This document shows, piece after piece, positions 52,625-63,646 of a DNA stretch of 64,000 nucleotides (position 1 is the first letter of the stretch; each line of letters starts with the position of its first letter). Source of the DNA: an uncultured candidate division Zixibacteria bacterium (GTDB taxonomy: Bacteria > Zixibacteria > MSB-5A5 > RBG-16-43-9); NCBI GenBank assembly GCA_963713865.1, contig OY970208.1:1472001-1536000 (forward strand), given 5' to 3'. The notes under the pieces are model-generated. The model was not told the DNA's origin, made no database searches, and was given only the letters and a program-made list of their open reading frames with translations. The translations under genes were made by a program, and so were the position numbers.

Positions 52625-53584
52625 CTATTCTCGATAATAGTCTATGATTTTCTCTAAACTTTCTTCCAGATTCACCCTGGGTTTATATCCTATTAGATGA
52701 TTTATCTTGGTTATATCCGGAACTCTTCTAATCATATCTTCAAATCCTTTTTCAAAAGCTTTATCATAAGGAATATACACGATCTTAGACTTACTATTAG
52801 TCATCTTTTTAATAAGGAGGGCTAACCGTTCAATAGTAATTTCTCTTCCATTCCCTACATTGAATACCTCGCCAACTGCTTTTGGATGTTCAGAGAGTCC
52901 TATCAAAGCAGAGACCACATCTGTGACATGGGTAAAACTGCGGCTTTGTTTACCATCTCCATATACGGTAATGGGATGTGAAAGGAGTGCTTGCTGTATG
53001 AAAGAAGGGACTACCATACCATACCTTCCAGTCTGACGAGGTCCAATCGTATTAAATAGTCGAGCAATGACTATGGGAAGCTTCTTTTCATGAAAATAGG
53101 CTAAGGCTAAAAATTCGTCTATGGCTTTGGAACAGGCATAGCTCCATCTGCTTTTGGTGGTAGGTCCGTAAACACTGTCATCCTCTTCTCGAAAAGGGAT
53201 TTTACTGTTTTTTCCATAGACTTCTGATGTGGAAGCGAGAATTACTTTTCTTTTGAATTTATTAGCTGACTTTAATACTATTTCGGTTCCTAAGATATTG
53301 GTTTCAATAGTATCCACCGGTTTTTCGATGATCAAGCGAACCCCGACTGCTGCCGCCAGGTGAAAAATCAGCTCACACTTCTTGGTTAATTCTTCCACTG
53401 CCTTCTCTTCCAATATCGTCTCAATAGTTATATGAAACCTTGGATTGGCGGCTAAGTGTTTTACATTCTCCAGCCTGCCGGTGGAAAGGTTGTCAATTAC
53501 ATAAACCTCTTCACCCTGGCGCAAGAGTTCCTCGGCTAAATGTGATCCGATAAACCCAGCCCCGCCGGTGATCAAGATTTTCAT
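52625..53584 (-). CDS. NAD-dependent nucleotide-sugar epimerase/dehydratase
   Basis: TGGAGFIGSH, HLAAAVGV and YACSK (YxxxK). Confidence 0.92.
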   Translation of the reverse strand: MKILITGGAGFIGSHLAEELLRQGEEVYVIDNLSTGRLENVKHLAANPRFHITIETILEEKAVEELTKKCELIFHLAAAVGVRLIIEKPVDTIETNILGTEIVLKSANKFKRKVILASTSEVYGKNSKIPFREEDDSVYGPTTKSRWSYACSKAIDEFLALAYFHEKKLPIVIARLFNTIGPRQTGRYGMVVPSFIQQALLSHPITVYGDGKQSRSFTHVTDVVSALIGLSEHPKAVGEVFNVGNGREITIERLALLIKKMTNSKSKIVYIPYDKAFEKGFEDMIRRVPDITKINHLIGYKPRVNLEESLEKIIDYYRE

Positions 53585-53610
53585 ATTTTAATACTCTCCA
53601 TTTTACTTTT

Positions 53611-54729
53611 TCAATCCTCTAACATCTCAATATAAAGCTTTTTTACCCGAGATACCATAAGTTCTTTGCTGAAATCTCCTCTAACTCTTTCCCTGCTTGC
53701 TTCTCCAAATTTTTCTCTGAGTCCTTTATTCTCCAGAAGATAATTTATCGCTTTTGATAAAGTAACTGTATCTCTGGGAGGGACAACCAGGCCGGTCTTA
53801 TTGTTTAGGTTTACAAAAGAGGTCCCAGTGCCTAATTCTGTGGAGATGATTGGCAAACCACAAGCCATCGCTTCTAAAAGCGAAATCCCAAAGGCTTCGC
53901 TCTTATGAGAAGAGGGTAATACGAAAAGATCGGCTGCCCGGTAATAAGAACCCAATTCCTCATCCGGAACCTCTCCTGCAAAAAAGACCCTATCTTCCAG
54001 ATTAAGAGCCCTGACCTTCTTTACCAGTTCATCCCTTAATATTCCATCCCCCACAATTAAAATCTTACCCGCCACTTCCCTGGCTGATTCAATCAGATAA
54101 TCTAATCCCTTGTAGTAACGAAGCTTTCCCAAGAAAAGAACCAGGGGACCCGGATATCTTTTTTTGATCTCTCCTATCTTCTCCTCATCTCTATAAGCGA
54201 AACGGGCCAAGTCTATGCCAAAAGGGATGATCTGGATTTTATCAACATATCCAGAAAGATAATCTGAAGTCTGGATATATTTAGAATTGCTAACGATAAT
54301 CACTTGTGCTCTTTTAAGAATTTTTCTAAGGAAAGGACGATAAAACCAGAGCAGTTTTTTCTGTTTCACTATATCGCTATGATAGGTTAAGACAATTTTT
54401 TCATTATTACCCTTTAACAAAACTGCCAGCTCACCTAAGGGGTAGGGGAAATGAACGTGGATAAGATCGGGATTTAATTTAATAGCCCAGCTAAACAAAC
54501 TAAGGCTTAAGGGGGTTGAAGCAAATTTGCCCAACCAGGCTGTTTTTATGATCTTGACCTTCCCCTCTTTTTCTACTACAGTTCTGAAATCCTGGTTAGT
54601 GACCAGAACCTCCACCTGGAAGTTCTCATCCTTGGCTAACTCACCAGCCAGAAGTCTGACATGATTTTCAATCCCTCCCACTACCGGGAAGTAATCTTTA
54701 TAGATATGAAGGATTCTCAGTTTTTTCAT
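53611..54729 (-). CDS. Glycosyltransferase family 4
   Basis: YFPVVGGIE, YKGLDYL and EAFGISLLEAMACG. Confidence 0.92.
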   Translation of the reverse strand: MKKLRILHIYKDYFPVVGGIENHVRLLAGELAKDENFQVEVLVTNQDFRTVVEKEGKVKIIKTAWLGKFASTPLSLSLFSWAIKLNPDLIHVHFPYPLGELAVLLKGNNEKIVLTYHSDIVKQKKLLWFYRPFLRKILKRAQVIIVSNSKYIQTSDYLSGYVDKIQIIPFGIDLARFAYRDEEKIGEIKKRYPGPLVLFLGKLRYYKGLDYLIESAREVAGKILIVGDGILRDELVKKVRALNLEDRVFFAGEVPDEELGSYYRAADLFVLPSSHKSEAFGISLLEAMACGLPIISTELGTGTSFVNLNNKTGLVVPPRDTVTLSKAINYLLENKGLREKFGEASRERVRGDFSKELMVSRVKKLYIEMLED

Positions 54730-55880
54730 CTATTATAATCTATTGGTTTAGATTCTGCCCCAAATTCTTGAAAGAGTTTTTGAGTTTTCCCTGCGGTTTT
54801 TCCCCAAGTAAACTTTTTTACCCTTTCAAATCCTCTTTTTATCAACTCTTCTCTTAACTTTTTATCAGTCAAAACATGCATTATCTCCTTGGCTATTTCC
54901 TCTTCGCTTTCTGGGTTCACCAGTAATGCAGCATCTCCTAAGATCTCAGGTAGGGATCCTGCTTTTGAGGCTACAACTGGTACTCCGCAAGCCATAGCTT
55001 CCAGAGGTGGTAATCCAAATCCTTCCCAGAGGGAGGGAAAAACAAAGACCTCAGCCACATTCATTAAGTCAATTATGTCTTTATCCTCAAGAGGTCCAGT
55101 GAAAATAACTTTTTGTTCAAGATTTAATTGGGTAACCATTTTTTTTAAGGAATCTATATTTCGAGTATCACCGCTACCAAGTACTAACTGACAATTTTCA
55201 TAATCTTGCAAGATCTTAAAAGCCCTGATCAACCTGGGAAGATTTTTATAAGGCCTGGTGTTACCAATGTAAAGGATTATTCTCTTGGTTATATGAAAAT
55301 CTCTTCTAACCTTTTCCACTAATTGTAAATCCAAACCTTTTCGAAAACAGGATTCAACCCCTTCATATATCACTTTAATCTTATCTTCGGGTAAATTCAG
55401 ATACTCAACTAAATCACTTTTGGTCGTTTCCGAAACGGCAATTATTTTGCTGGCTCTTCTTAAAGTCAAGGGCACAAAAAGTCTTACAAACCATCTTGCA
55501 AATAGTTTAGCAATCGGTTTCCTACCTTCAAAAAAACCTGGAAATCTCAGACCCATTAAATCATGCACCGTTACTATTACTGGGCAAAGAGCCCATAAGG
55601 GAGCTAAGAAAAATGGCGAATGAAAAAGATCTATCTTTTCTTTCTTTATTATTCTATGTAACCAGCACAAAGTATATAAAGATAGTGGAGAAGAATTAAC
55701 TTTTATAAATTTCAGGTTACAGGTCTTTTTTAGATTAAGTTCAAGATAGTCCTTATTTAAAATGAGGATGTACTGATTTTCAAAATCTCTGGATAGCAAA
55801 TGTTGAATTAGATTCTTGGTATACCTGCCAATACCAGTCATTTTATTGTCCAGCATCCTGGCATCAATTCCTATGCGCAT
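54726..55880 (-). CDS. Glycosyltransferase family 4 (mannosyltransferase-like)
   Basis: MRIGIDAR..TGIGRY, PYKNL and EGFGLPPLEAMACG. Confidence 0.92.
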   Translation of the reverse strand: MRIGIDARMLDNKMTGIGRYTKNLIQHLLSRDFENQYILILNKDYLELNLKKTCNLKFIKVNSSPLSLYTLCWLHRIIKKEKIDLFHSPFFLAPLWALCPVIVTVHDLMGLRFPGFFEGRKPIAKLFARWFVRLFVPLTLRRASKIIAVSETTKSDLVEYLNLPEDKIKVIYEGVESCFRKGLDLQLVEKVRRDFHITKRIILYIGNTRPYKNLPRLIRAFKILQDYENCQLVLGSGDTRNIDSLKKMVTQLNLEQKVIFTGPLEDKDIIDLMNVAEVFVFPSLWEGFGLPPLEAMACGVPVVASKAGSLPEILGDAALLVNPESEEEIAKEIMHVLTDKKLREELIKRGFERVKKFTWGKTAGKTQKLFQEFGAESKPIDYNR

Positions 55881-56844
55881 AACTAAAAGCCCTAACTTTC
55901 TTATAATCCCATGGCGCAAGTAACACCCTAAGATAACCTTTAATTTTCTGCTTTGTCTCCCCATCTTCTGGATTAAATAAATATTTTAAAACCCAGAAAC
56001 CGAATCTCAAACCTGCCCCTATAAACTGTAATAACCGAAAAAGCACGACCCGGTTTAAAGGATAAAACTTTTTAACAAAAGTAAATTCGTTTTGAAACCT
56101 TAAAAATATCACCTTCTCTAAGTCCTGTTTACTGCTCTGCCCCTGATAATGAAAAACTTTAGCCCCGGGAACAGGTGAAATCTTCCATCCCCTTTCTTTT
56201 ATTCTATAACACAAATCCATATCCTCACCGTAAAGAAAATAGCTTTCGTCCATACATCCTACTTGTTCTAAAGCTTTTCTTCTTATCACCATTGCTCCGC
56301 CTAAGACCCTATCTATGTTTTGAGGCACATTTTCCAAAGGATAATCCCAGAAAAAAGGCTGGGTTAGCTTATTCCGGGGCAGAATCCTGAAAAGTGAAAA
56401 CATCCGACCTATGGTGTTAAGAATAGTGGGAAATCTGTAGAATGAATCCTGAGGGGTTTCGTCTAGATTATAAACATAACAGCCACCTATGCCAGTATCT
56501 GGATTTTCCTGCATAAATTCGATGATTTTATTCAAGGTCAAAGGATCGATATTGGTATCAGGGTTCAAGAGAAAAAGATATTCTCCTTGGGCAATTTTAA
56601 ACCCTTGATTACAAGCTTTAGCAAAACCTAAATTCTCTTTATTGGCGATTAACTTCACTTGTGGAAATTCAACTTTTATCATTTCCACGCTGCCATCCTC
56701 TGAGGCATTATCGATCACTATAACCTCATAGCTATCTTCAGCCAATTTCGAAAATATTGAACTCAGGCATTCCCTTAAAAGACCCCTGACATTCCAGTTG
56801 ACTATTATTATAGACAATTTTATTCTGTTAACCGTATTATTCAC
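55864..56844 (-). CDS. Glycosyltransferase family 2 (WbbL/rhamnosyltransferase-like)
   Basis: SIIIVNWN, DNASEDGS, NLGFAKACN, LLNPD and FLYGEDMDLC. Confidence 0.9.
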   Translation of the reverse strand: MNNTVNRIKLSIIIVNWNVRGLLRECLSSIFSKLAEDSYEVIVIDNASEDGSVEMIKVEFPQVKLIANKENLGFAKACNQGFKIAQGEYLFLLNPDTNIDPLTLNKIIEFMQENPDTGIGGCYVYNLDETPQDSFYRFPTILNTIGRMFSLFRILPRNKLTQPFFWDYPLENVPQNIDRVLGGAMVIRRKALEQVGCMDESYFLYGEDMDLCYRIKERGWKISPVPGAKVFHYQGQSSKQDLEKVIFLRFQNEFTFVKKFYPLNRVVLFRLLQFIGAGLRFGFWVLKYLFNPEDGETKQKIKGYLRVLLAPWDYKKVRAFSYAHRN

Positions 56845-56938
56845 CTCATCTTTAGAATAAGATAATTCTCAAGTAATTCTTGGTAAGGGCAAAAAATTTC
56901 TTCATAAGGTTTTTGAATGAAAGTATTCTGTTCAAAAA

Positions 56939-58021
56939 TTAATAGTCATCAAGATTAGAAAGAATAGCTTTTTCAAATATTTTAGCTGACTCCTTGAAGT
57001 CGAATCTTCTTATAAAGTTTGCTCCGGCTTGAGCTAATTTTATACGCAGGGGTTGATCTTCTATAAGTTTAATTATTTTTTCTGCCAGTTCGACTGGGTC
57101 CCTAACCTTGGTAAGTAGCCCGGTTTCTTGGTCGATTACAAATTCTTCTGCACCTTTATTCCTTACACTTATAACTGCACACCCACAAGCCATTGCTTCA
57201 GCCGTGGGCAACCCCCAACCCTCAGACCAGCTCGGATTTATGAATATACTGCAACTATTGTAAATATCTAAAAGATGTGAAGGTGAAGGGTTTCTCCAAT
57301 ATTCTATCCAGGAGGGTATTTCTGGATTTCGTGGACAAACACTAAAAAAAACAGCTTGGACTTCAGGAAATCTCTGCTTTACAATCTCTAAAGCTCTTAT
57401 TCCGTCTTTTGAACCTTTCCAATTGTATACAGAATAACACATTCCTATTCTTCCAGGAAATCGATTCTCGATAGGTTTCGTAATTTTGAAAACTTTAAAG
57501 TCTAATCCATTGGGTATGCAAGCTATTGCTTTTTCATTTAAATTCAAAAGCATTTTCTCAAGCCAAGTTGATACTACAATTTTTTTTATAGGCAGTTTAA
57601 AAGTAGTTATAATTTTTTCATCTTCCGTATCCCAGTTTTCATAGCCCTGAATGAAATAGAATTTAGTTCCTTTAACTTCGTTTAAGTTGTTTACAAATTC
57701 AGCAGTTGACCAAGCTGTAGCTACTACCGCGTCACTCAAAGGAAAATGCCTCTCATTTAGATTAAGAACTACAAGAATTTCTACTTTCGAGGAGAGTTTA
57801 AACCAATTGGGTTTAGATTTTCTAAAAAGTAGGCCCCTAAGCCAGAATGCCAGTCTTATAAATTTCTTCCATAAAACCATATTTCCCCTGTGGAGTCTAA
57901 GTGTATGAACTATGCGCACCTTATGCCCTTTTTCTGCTAAGTAATTAGCGTAACTATATACAATCTTAAAGCCACCAGTCGGAAACCTTGCCCATCCAGG
58001 TAGTACAAATGTAATTTTCAT
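56939..58021 (-). CDS. Glycosyltransferase family 4
   Basis: TGGFKIV, ATAWST, YFIQGYE and EGWGLPTAEAMACG. Confidence 0.88.
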   Translation of the reverse strand: MKITFVLPGWARFPTGGFKIVYSYANYLAEKGHKVRIVHTLRLHRGNMVLWKKFIRLAFWLRGLLFRKSKPNWFKLSSKVEILVVLNLNERHFPLSDAVVATAWSTAEFVNNLNEVKGTKFYFIQGYENWDTEDEKIITTFKLPIKKIVVSTWLEKMLLNLNEKAIACIPNGLDFKVFKITKPIENRFPGRIGMCYSVYNWKGSKDGIRALEIVKQRFPEVQAVFFSVCPRNPEIPSWIEYWRNPSPSHLLDIYNSCSIFINPSWSEGWGLPTAEAMACGCAVISVRNKGAEEFVIDQETGLLTKVRDPVELAEKIIKLIEDQPLRIKLAQAGANFIRRFDFKESAKIFEKAILSNLDDY

Positions 58022-58044
58022 AGTCTCAGAATTAGAACCAAATT

Positions 58045-59031
58045 TTAAAAAATCACTGATCTAAAGGCTTCTCGATAAGCCTTCAATTTTACCTTTCTCC
58101 TTTTTATGGAGTCATTCTGATCAAATCTAAACTTAATATAAACCAAGCGGATTAAGAGGTCAATAAGCATAACTACCCTTATCAAGAAATTTCCCATTTT
58201 ACTGTAATATTTTTGTCCGAAATAAGGTCTTCTTTTATAAGAATGAAGAGTACGAAGATATAGAGATTCAAAGTCTTCTAAAGAGCTTCCACCTATGATA
58301 TGAATAATCCTTGTTTGTGGGAAAAACATCACCTGCCAACCATTACTTTTAGCTCGCCAGGCCAAGTCCACATCCTCGGAGAAAAGAAAATATTTCTCAT
58401 CCAGAAAACCTATCTCCTCCAAGGTTTTCCCACGTATCAAAAGACAAGCACCAGATACCCAGAAGACCTCAAATGGATGCGGGCTTTCATTTATTAACCG
58501 GTCATAAAAACGATTAGTCCAGCTAACCGGTAAAATCTTTTCAAGTTTAAGATAGGTAGCTATATCTAAAACTTCTTTTAGGGGAGTAGGTTGAGAAAAG
58601 GCAGATCTCTGCACCTCCCCATGCTCATTTAGTACTTTGCAACCTAAGATTCCCACTTTCGGATTTTCTTCAAGAAATCTAATCATCTCCTTAAAATTTG
58701 AATCTAGAATCTTGGCGTCAGGATTTAAAAGCAGGGCATATTCACCTCTCATTTCTCTGAAACCTTGGTTACAAGCCTTAGAAAATCCTAAATTTACAGT
58801 ATTAACTATAAGTTCAACTAAAGGAAACTTGTCTTTGATTTTATCTTTAATATTGTCCTCTGAAGCATTATCTACTACAATAACTTCAAAATCCAACCCC
58901 TCTATCATCTGATAAATAGAAGAAAGACACCGAAGCAGAAAGTTCTGAGCTTTATAATTGACTATGATTATCGATAGTTTAATAATACTTTTAGTATTTG
59001 GATAATTATGATTCAATAAAGCTTTCCTCAA
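58045..59031 (-). CDS. Glycosyltransferase family 2 (paralog of 55864-56844)
   Basis: SIIIVNY, DNASED, NLGFSKACN, LLLNPD, WVSGAC and FSEDVDL. Confidence 0.9.
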   Translation of the reverse strand: MRKALLNHNYPNTKSIIKLSIIIVNYKAQNFLLRCLSSIYQMIEGLDFEVIVVDNASEDNIKDKIKDKFPLVELIVNTVNLGFSKACNQGFREMRGEYALLLNPDAKILDSNFKEMIRFLEENPKVGILGCKVLNEHGEVQRSAFSQPTPLKEVLDIATYLKLEKILPVSWTNRFYDRLINESPHPFEVFWVSGACLLIRGKTLEEIGFLDEKYFLFSEDVDLAWRAKSNGWQVMFFPQTRIIHIIGGSSLEDFESLYLRTLHSYKRRPYFGQKYYSKMGNFLIRVVMLIDLLIRLVYIKFRFDQNDSIKRRKVKLKAYREAFRSVIF

Positions 59032-60414
59032 CTATTGAATTCTCGGTTTGAATATACTAAGTAAACCCAAAAAAAATAAAAACTCGATTCCGCTTACACG
59101 ATAAAACCATTCTCCAGTATAAAAAGAAGAGATAAAAACGAAAAGAACCATACCTAAAAGTGTAAAAGATATACTTAAATCTTGAGGAACTATAGATTGT
59201 TTAAATTTAGTCCAGCCCATTTTTAAAACCGCTAAGAAAAAATAGAAAAAAGCTATGATTCCAAAAATACCAGCTGAGGAGAGATAATAGAGAACTATAT
59301 TATGAGGATCCAGTCCATAAATATAAAAAACTAATGGAGAAAATCTAAGTCCAGGAAACACTTGAACTAAGTTATAGAATTGGCCAAGTCCTATCCCCAG
59401 TATCGGATGATGAATAAAAGATTTTAAGGCTAGCCCCCAGAGATAAAAACGTATCTGAGTAGTCTCAATATATCTGCCTGGTAGATAATAGAATCCATGA
59501 TGGACCCTTTTCAAAAGCTCAGGATATACTGTAAGTAATATTCCAATTCCTAAGACCGCCAGGGATAATGAGATCAAAATTCTTCTTCTGAGGAACAATA
59601 ATTTTAGTCTTTTAACCTTCGTTAAGGCTAGACCACTTAAAATCAAATAAATCAAACTAAAACTCATCAATGCACCCCTCGTTTGAGTCGCCAAGAGGCT
59701 TCCAAGAAGAAGTAGAAAAAGGAAACCATAAATCAGTCTTTTATTAGCCCTGTCCTCAAACAAGAAGAACGAATAACAGATTATCAGACCTCCGATCGTC
59801 AAATCAGCTATGGATGGCCCAGCTAATCCGAAAACCCTGACTCTTCCTGAAGAGAGCCAGAATTGAAAAAGAGTATAAACCGAATGTATGGAAACCAGTA
59901 CTATGAAAAATTTTAAAAAACGTGAAACTTCCTGAGTATCTATGCTCCAGCTTATCAGAAAATATATGCTAAATACCTGCAGGTGCCAGATATAAACTCT
60001 GATTCCACTTGCAAGATCAATCGTATTCAACAGAGAAAGGAGAAGAACTGCAAGGAAAATAAAGATAGATCTATCTAAGACGGTTTTCCTGATAGAAAAA
60101 GAACCTGATATTAAGTAATATCCTAAAAAGGAGAATACTAAAAGAATACTGACCAAATCCATCAACACAAAATACTTACCCATCAGGTAAATGTCATATC
60201 TTAAAAACAAACTGACCAATAATAAATACAGGCTTAGCTTGTAATTCAAAAGTAAAATAAGAACAATCCCTAAGGTTAAAGGAAAGATAAAAAATAAAGA
60301 ACCTTTTACAGCAGATAGTAATACTAATACGATTATTACCAAGTCCAGCATTAGAAACATAAACAGAAGCTTACCTGATAAATTCAGTTCGAGCTTTTTA
60401 AACAAGGTTCTCAT
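59032..60414 (-). CDS. O-antigen ligase/polymerase family membrane protein (WaaL/Wzy-like)
   Basis: About 12 TM segments; TQTRGA, R..LW..A...F..HPILGIGLG and PHN...GIFG. Confidence 0.85.
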   Translation of the reverse strand: MRTLFKKLELNLSGKLLFMFLMLDLVIIVLVLLSAVKGSLFFIFPLTLGIVLILLLNYKLSLYLLLVSLFLRYDIYLMGKYFVLMDLVSILLVFSFLGYYLISGSFSIRKTVLDRSIFIFLAVLLLSLLNTIDLASGIRVYIWHLQVFSIYFLISWSIDTQEVSRFLKFFIVLVSIHSVYTLFQFWLSSGRVRVFGLAGPSIADLTIGGLIICYSFFLFEDRANKRLIYGFLFLLLLGSLLATQTRGALMSFSLIYLILSGLALTKVKRLKLLFLRRRILISLSLAVLGIGILLTVYPELLKRVHHGFYYLPGRYIETTQIRFYLWGLALKSFIHHPILGIGLGQFYNLVQVFPGLRFSPLVFYIYGLDPHNIVLYYLSSAGIFGIIAFFYFFLAVLKMGWTKFKQSIVPQDLSISFTLLGMVLFVFISSFYTGEWFYRVSGIEFLFFLGLLSIFKPRIQ

Positions 60415-61052
60415 TTTTTACCTGCTTTAATCAAATATCCAGCCGTAAAAAATCTTTTAAACCCGCCCAGAGTCAAATTAATTCCGAATCTGTTTATAAA
60501 TCTTGGAGGGATATGAGGTATCAACTTTTTAATAATCAGTCCAGATTCTTCAAAAAGCTTGACTAAACTTTTTTGGGTAAAAAATCTCAAATGTGTTTTG
60601 TCTAAAATCCCTGCCTCAACGTATTCCCATCTGTTAAATAGAATTAAATCTTTCAATATCTCCCAATAACTGATATTAGGTATGCTGGCGATCATAAAGC
60701 CGGAGGATGATAGATAGACTTTGAGTTGCTTTAAAGTTTTCCAAGGATCATAAAGATGCTCGAGTACGTCTCCTAAGACTATATAGTCGAAATAACCATC
60801 AGAAAAGGGGAGAGGTATCGCCTGAATATCTCCTATGATAACTTGATCTAACCTTTCTTTAGCTTTTAAAGCAGCAGGTTCAAATACCTCCACTCCTACC
60901 ACCTCTTTGGCCTTACTAATTCTTTTCAATTCAGCTCCAGTGATTCCTTCTCCGCAGCCGATATCCAAGATTCTATTTCCCCTTCCTTCTACCAGGTCTA
61001 TCAAATCTTGTCTTAGATACGAGTAATATTTTGGATCTTTACTTCTCTCCAA
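60411..61052 (-). CDS. Class I SAM-dependent methyltransferase
   Basis: ILDIGCGEG, DVLEHLYDP and GILDKTHLRFFT. Confidence 0.9.
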   Translation of the reverse strand: MERSKDPKYYSYLRQDLIDLVEGRGNRILDIGCGEGITGAELKRISKAKEVVGVEVFEPAALKAKERLDQVIIGDIQAIPLPFSDGYFDYIVLGDVLEHLYDPWKTLKQLKVYLSSSGFMIASIPNISYWEILKDLILFNRWEYVEAGILDKTHLRFFTQKSLVKLFEESGLIIKKLIPHIPPRFINRFGINLTLGGFKRFFTAGYLIKAGKK

Positions 61053-61064
61053 TTATTTTTTCTC

Positions 61065-62483
61065 CTAAGTTGAGCTTTTTAGAATTTTAAAAGCTATCCT
61101 CATATCCTCTCTGGTAATTCCTCTTAGGATAAACATCCAGATAAAATATAATATAACACCGGTCAAGATTTTTATAAACAAATTAAAAGGCAAAAGGTAA
61201 AGGGTTAAAACCATCAGAAATGAGGAGGCAAAACCTTTAACCAAATACTCTACTAAAGGAACTTTAACCAATCCTTTCGAATAGAAAAGAATTAAATTTA
61301 ATACCGTTATTTCACAAATCATTGTGGCTATACTTGCACCTAACAGACTATATTTAGGTATCAGGATGAAATTCAAAACTAAATTTATTAGGGCTCCTAT
61401 ACTCACTGAATACATATATTCCTTTTGTTTGTCTGCGGCTAAAAGCAAAAAGGCAAAGGGAGCATTTGTATATATAGTAAAAATGCTCCAGATCAGAATC
61501 TGCAAAGCCACAACCCCATCTAAATATAATGGTCCATACATAATCAGCATTATCTCCTTAGAGAGTAAACATATCCCCATAGCAATTGGTATTCCCAAAA
61601 AAAGGGTGACACGCGAAGATTGCCGAACTATAACCTGTAGTTTCTCTTTGGACTCTTTATAAAAACGCGAAAGAGTAGGAAATAGCGCATTTCCGAATAA
61701 ACCAGCAAAACCAATAAAAAGCAGGACTATCTTATAAGCTGCATTATACCAACCAACCTGTTTTTCTCCTTTCATAAAACCCAACATAATTGTATCCAGA
61801 TTATAATAAATTTGAATAACAACCAAAGAAAAACCCATAGGTAGCGATTGTTTAAAAATCTCTTTCCAGGAAGAAGGATTAAAACTGAATTTAAAAGTTC
61901 CATTCATCTTAAAGAATAAAAGAGCTAAAAAGCTTAAAGATAAAAAAGCTGAGATGAATTTAATCAACGGAACCTGAAAGATATGAAAGCTATTTTTCAC
62001 CATTAAAAATATCCCTGTAATGTAAAACAACTGTCCAACTAACTGTCCTAAGGCGATTATTTCCATTCGTTCAATTGATTGAAAAAACCAATTCAGGGTG
62101 AAGGAGAAGGTAAAGATGGTTAGTCCAAAGAGCAGAATAAGTTTCTTTATCTCCCAGGGTTTATTTATAACCATAACAAATAGTACTAGAATGCCATAAG
62201 CGATAAGAGATGAAAATAATCTTATGCTTAGGATATTATTGACTATTTCCTTTTTCCTCCCTTGGTTTTTGGCGATTTCTCGAACCCCCCAGATATCCAG
62301 ACCTTGATTTACCAATAAGATAAAATATACAATTATAGCTTGGGCAAATTCAATTTTGCCAAACCCCTCTACAGTCAAAACCCTGGCTAAATAAATTACA
62401 CTTATAAAACCTAAGGCTTTAGTTAAAAGGTCAGCAACAAGTAGAGAGGAAAAATTTTTAAAAACTTTTTTTGATATAGTCAA
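61065..62483 (-). CDS. wzx: Polysaccharide flippase
   Basis: YLARVLTVEGFG, DTIMLG...VGWYNAAYK and LNFILIPKY..GAS. Confidence 0.9.
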   Translation of the reverse strand: MTISKKVFKNFSSLLVADLLTKALGFISVIYLARVLTVEGFGKIEFAQAIIVYFILLVNQGLDIWGVREIAKNQGRKKEIVNNILSIRLFSSLIAYGILVLFVMVINKPWEIKKLILLFGLTIFTFSFTLNWFFQSIERMEIIALGQLVGQLFYITGIFLMVKNSFHIFQVPLIKFISAFLSLSFLALLFFKMNGTFKFSFNPSSWKEIFKQSLPMGFSLVVIQIYYNLDTIMLGFMKGEKQVGWYNAAYKIVLLFIGFAGLFGNALFPTLSRFYKESKEKLQVIVRQSSRVTLFLGIPIAMGICLLSKEIMLIMYGPLYLDGVVALQILIWSIFTIYTNAPFAFLLLAADKQKEYMYSVSIGALINLVLNFILIPKYSLLGASIATMICEITVLNLILFYSKGLVKVPLVEYLVKGFASSFLMVLTLYLLPFNLFIKILTGVILYFIWMFILRGITREDMRIAFKILKSST

Positions 62484-62536
62484 TGCGTAATAATTCTAAT
62501 AAATGACTTTGTTTAATGAACATTGATTTTAGACTT

Positions 62537-63631
62537 CTACAAACTTTTTACCTTCTCAATCACAAAATCCTGTTCTTCTTTAGTCAGTCCCGGATAGATG
62601 GGGAGAGATATAACCTCCTGGGCTTTCTTCTCAGAATTGGGTAAATCTCCATTTTTATAGCCTAAATCTTCGAAGCATTTCTGCAGATGCAAGGGGAGGG
62701 GATAGTAAGTATCATACCCTATCTGATTCTGGGCTAAATGCTCTTTAAATTTATCCCGGTTCTTAACCGCTATGGTATACTGGTTATAAATATGGTAATT
62801 GTAACTCTCTGCTTTAGGAGTAATAAGGTTCATCCCCTTATACGACTTATCATAATAAGCTGCGTTTTTTCTTCTTTTTTCATGCCAGGAGTCTAAATAT
62901 TTTAGTTTGACTCTTAAGATTGCCGCTTGCAGAGTATCCAATCGGCTATTATACCCAACTGTAGTGTGAAAATATTTATTTTTGGAACCATGCGTCCTTA
63001 AGAGTCTTAATCTCTCAGCTAAATCCGGATCACTGGTCACTATCATTCCACCATCGCCCGCACCTCCTAAATTCTTTGAGGGATAAAAGCTAAAACATCC
63101 AGTATCTCCCAAAGAACCAGCTTTCTTCCCTTTGTATTTTGCACCAATCGCCTGGGCAGCATCCTCTACCACTTTAAGATTATACTTTTTGGCCACTTCT
63201 AAAATCGGATCCATATCCGTACACTGACCGAAAAGGTGAACTGGCATTATCGCTTTTGTCTTCCGGCTAATTTTTTTCTCGATCTGCTCAGGGTCGAGGT
63301 TATATGTAAATGGATCAATATCCACGAAAACCGGTATTGCCTTCAGATTGGCAATCACTCCAGCTGAGGAGAAAAAAGAAAAAGTTGAGGTTATTACTTC
63401 ATCCCCCGGCTCAACTCCAAAAACCCTTAAAGATAAAAGCAAGGCATCTGTACCTGAGGCAACCCCTATAGCATATTTGGTTTCACAATATCTGGCTATT
63501 TCTTCCTCTAAATTTTTAACTTCAGGCCCTAAGATGAACTGGGTATGATTTAAAACCTCAAAAACAGCCTTATCAATCTCATCCTTTATAGAAGCGTATT
63601 CCCTTTTCAGATCCAGCAATGGAACCTTCAT
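62537..63631 (-). CDS. DegT/DnrJ/EryC1/StrS aminotransferase (WbpE-like)
   Basis: SGTDAL, EDAAQ, SFYPSKNLG and NSRLD. Confidence 0.93.
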   Translation of the reverse strand: MKVPLLDLKREYASIKDEIDKAVFEVLNHTQFILGPEVKNLEEEIARYCETKYAIGVASGTDALLLSLRVFGVEPGDEVITSTFSFFSSAGVIANLKAIPVFVDIDPFTYNLDPEQIEKKISRKTKAIMPVHLFGQCTDMDPILEVAKKYNLKVVEDAAQAIGAKYKGKKAGSLGDTGCFSFYPSKNLGGAGDGGMIVTSDPDLAERLRLLRTHGSKNKYFHTTVGYNSRLDTLQAAILRVKLKYLDSWHEKRRKNAAYYDKSYKGMNLITPKAESYNYHIYNQYTIAVKNRDKFKEHLAQNQIGYDTYYPLPLHLQKCFEDLGYKNGDLPNSEKKAQEVISLPIYPGLTKEEQDFVIEKVKSL

Positions 63632-63646
63632 TTATTCCTCCAGATT

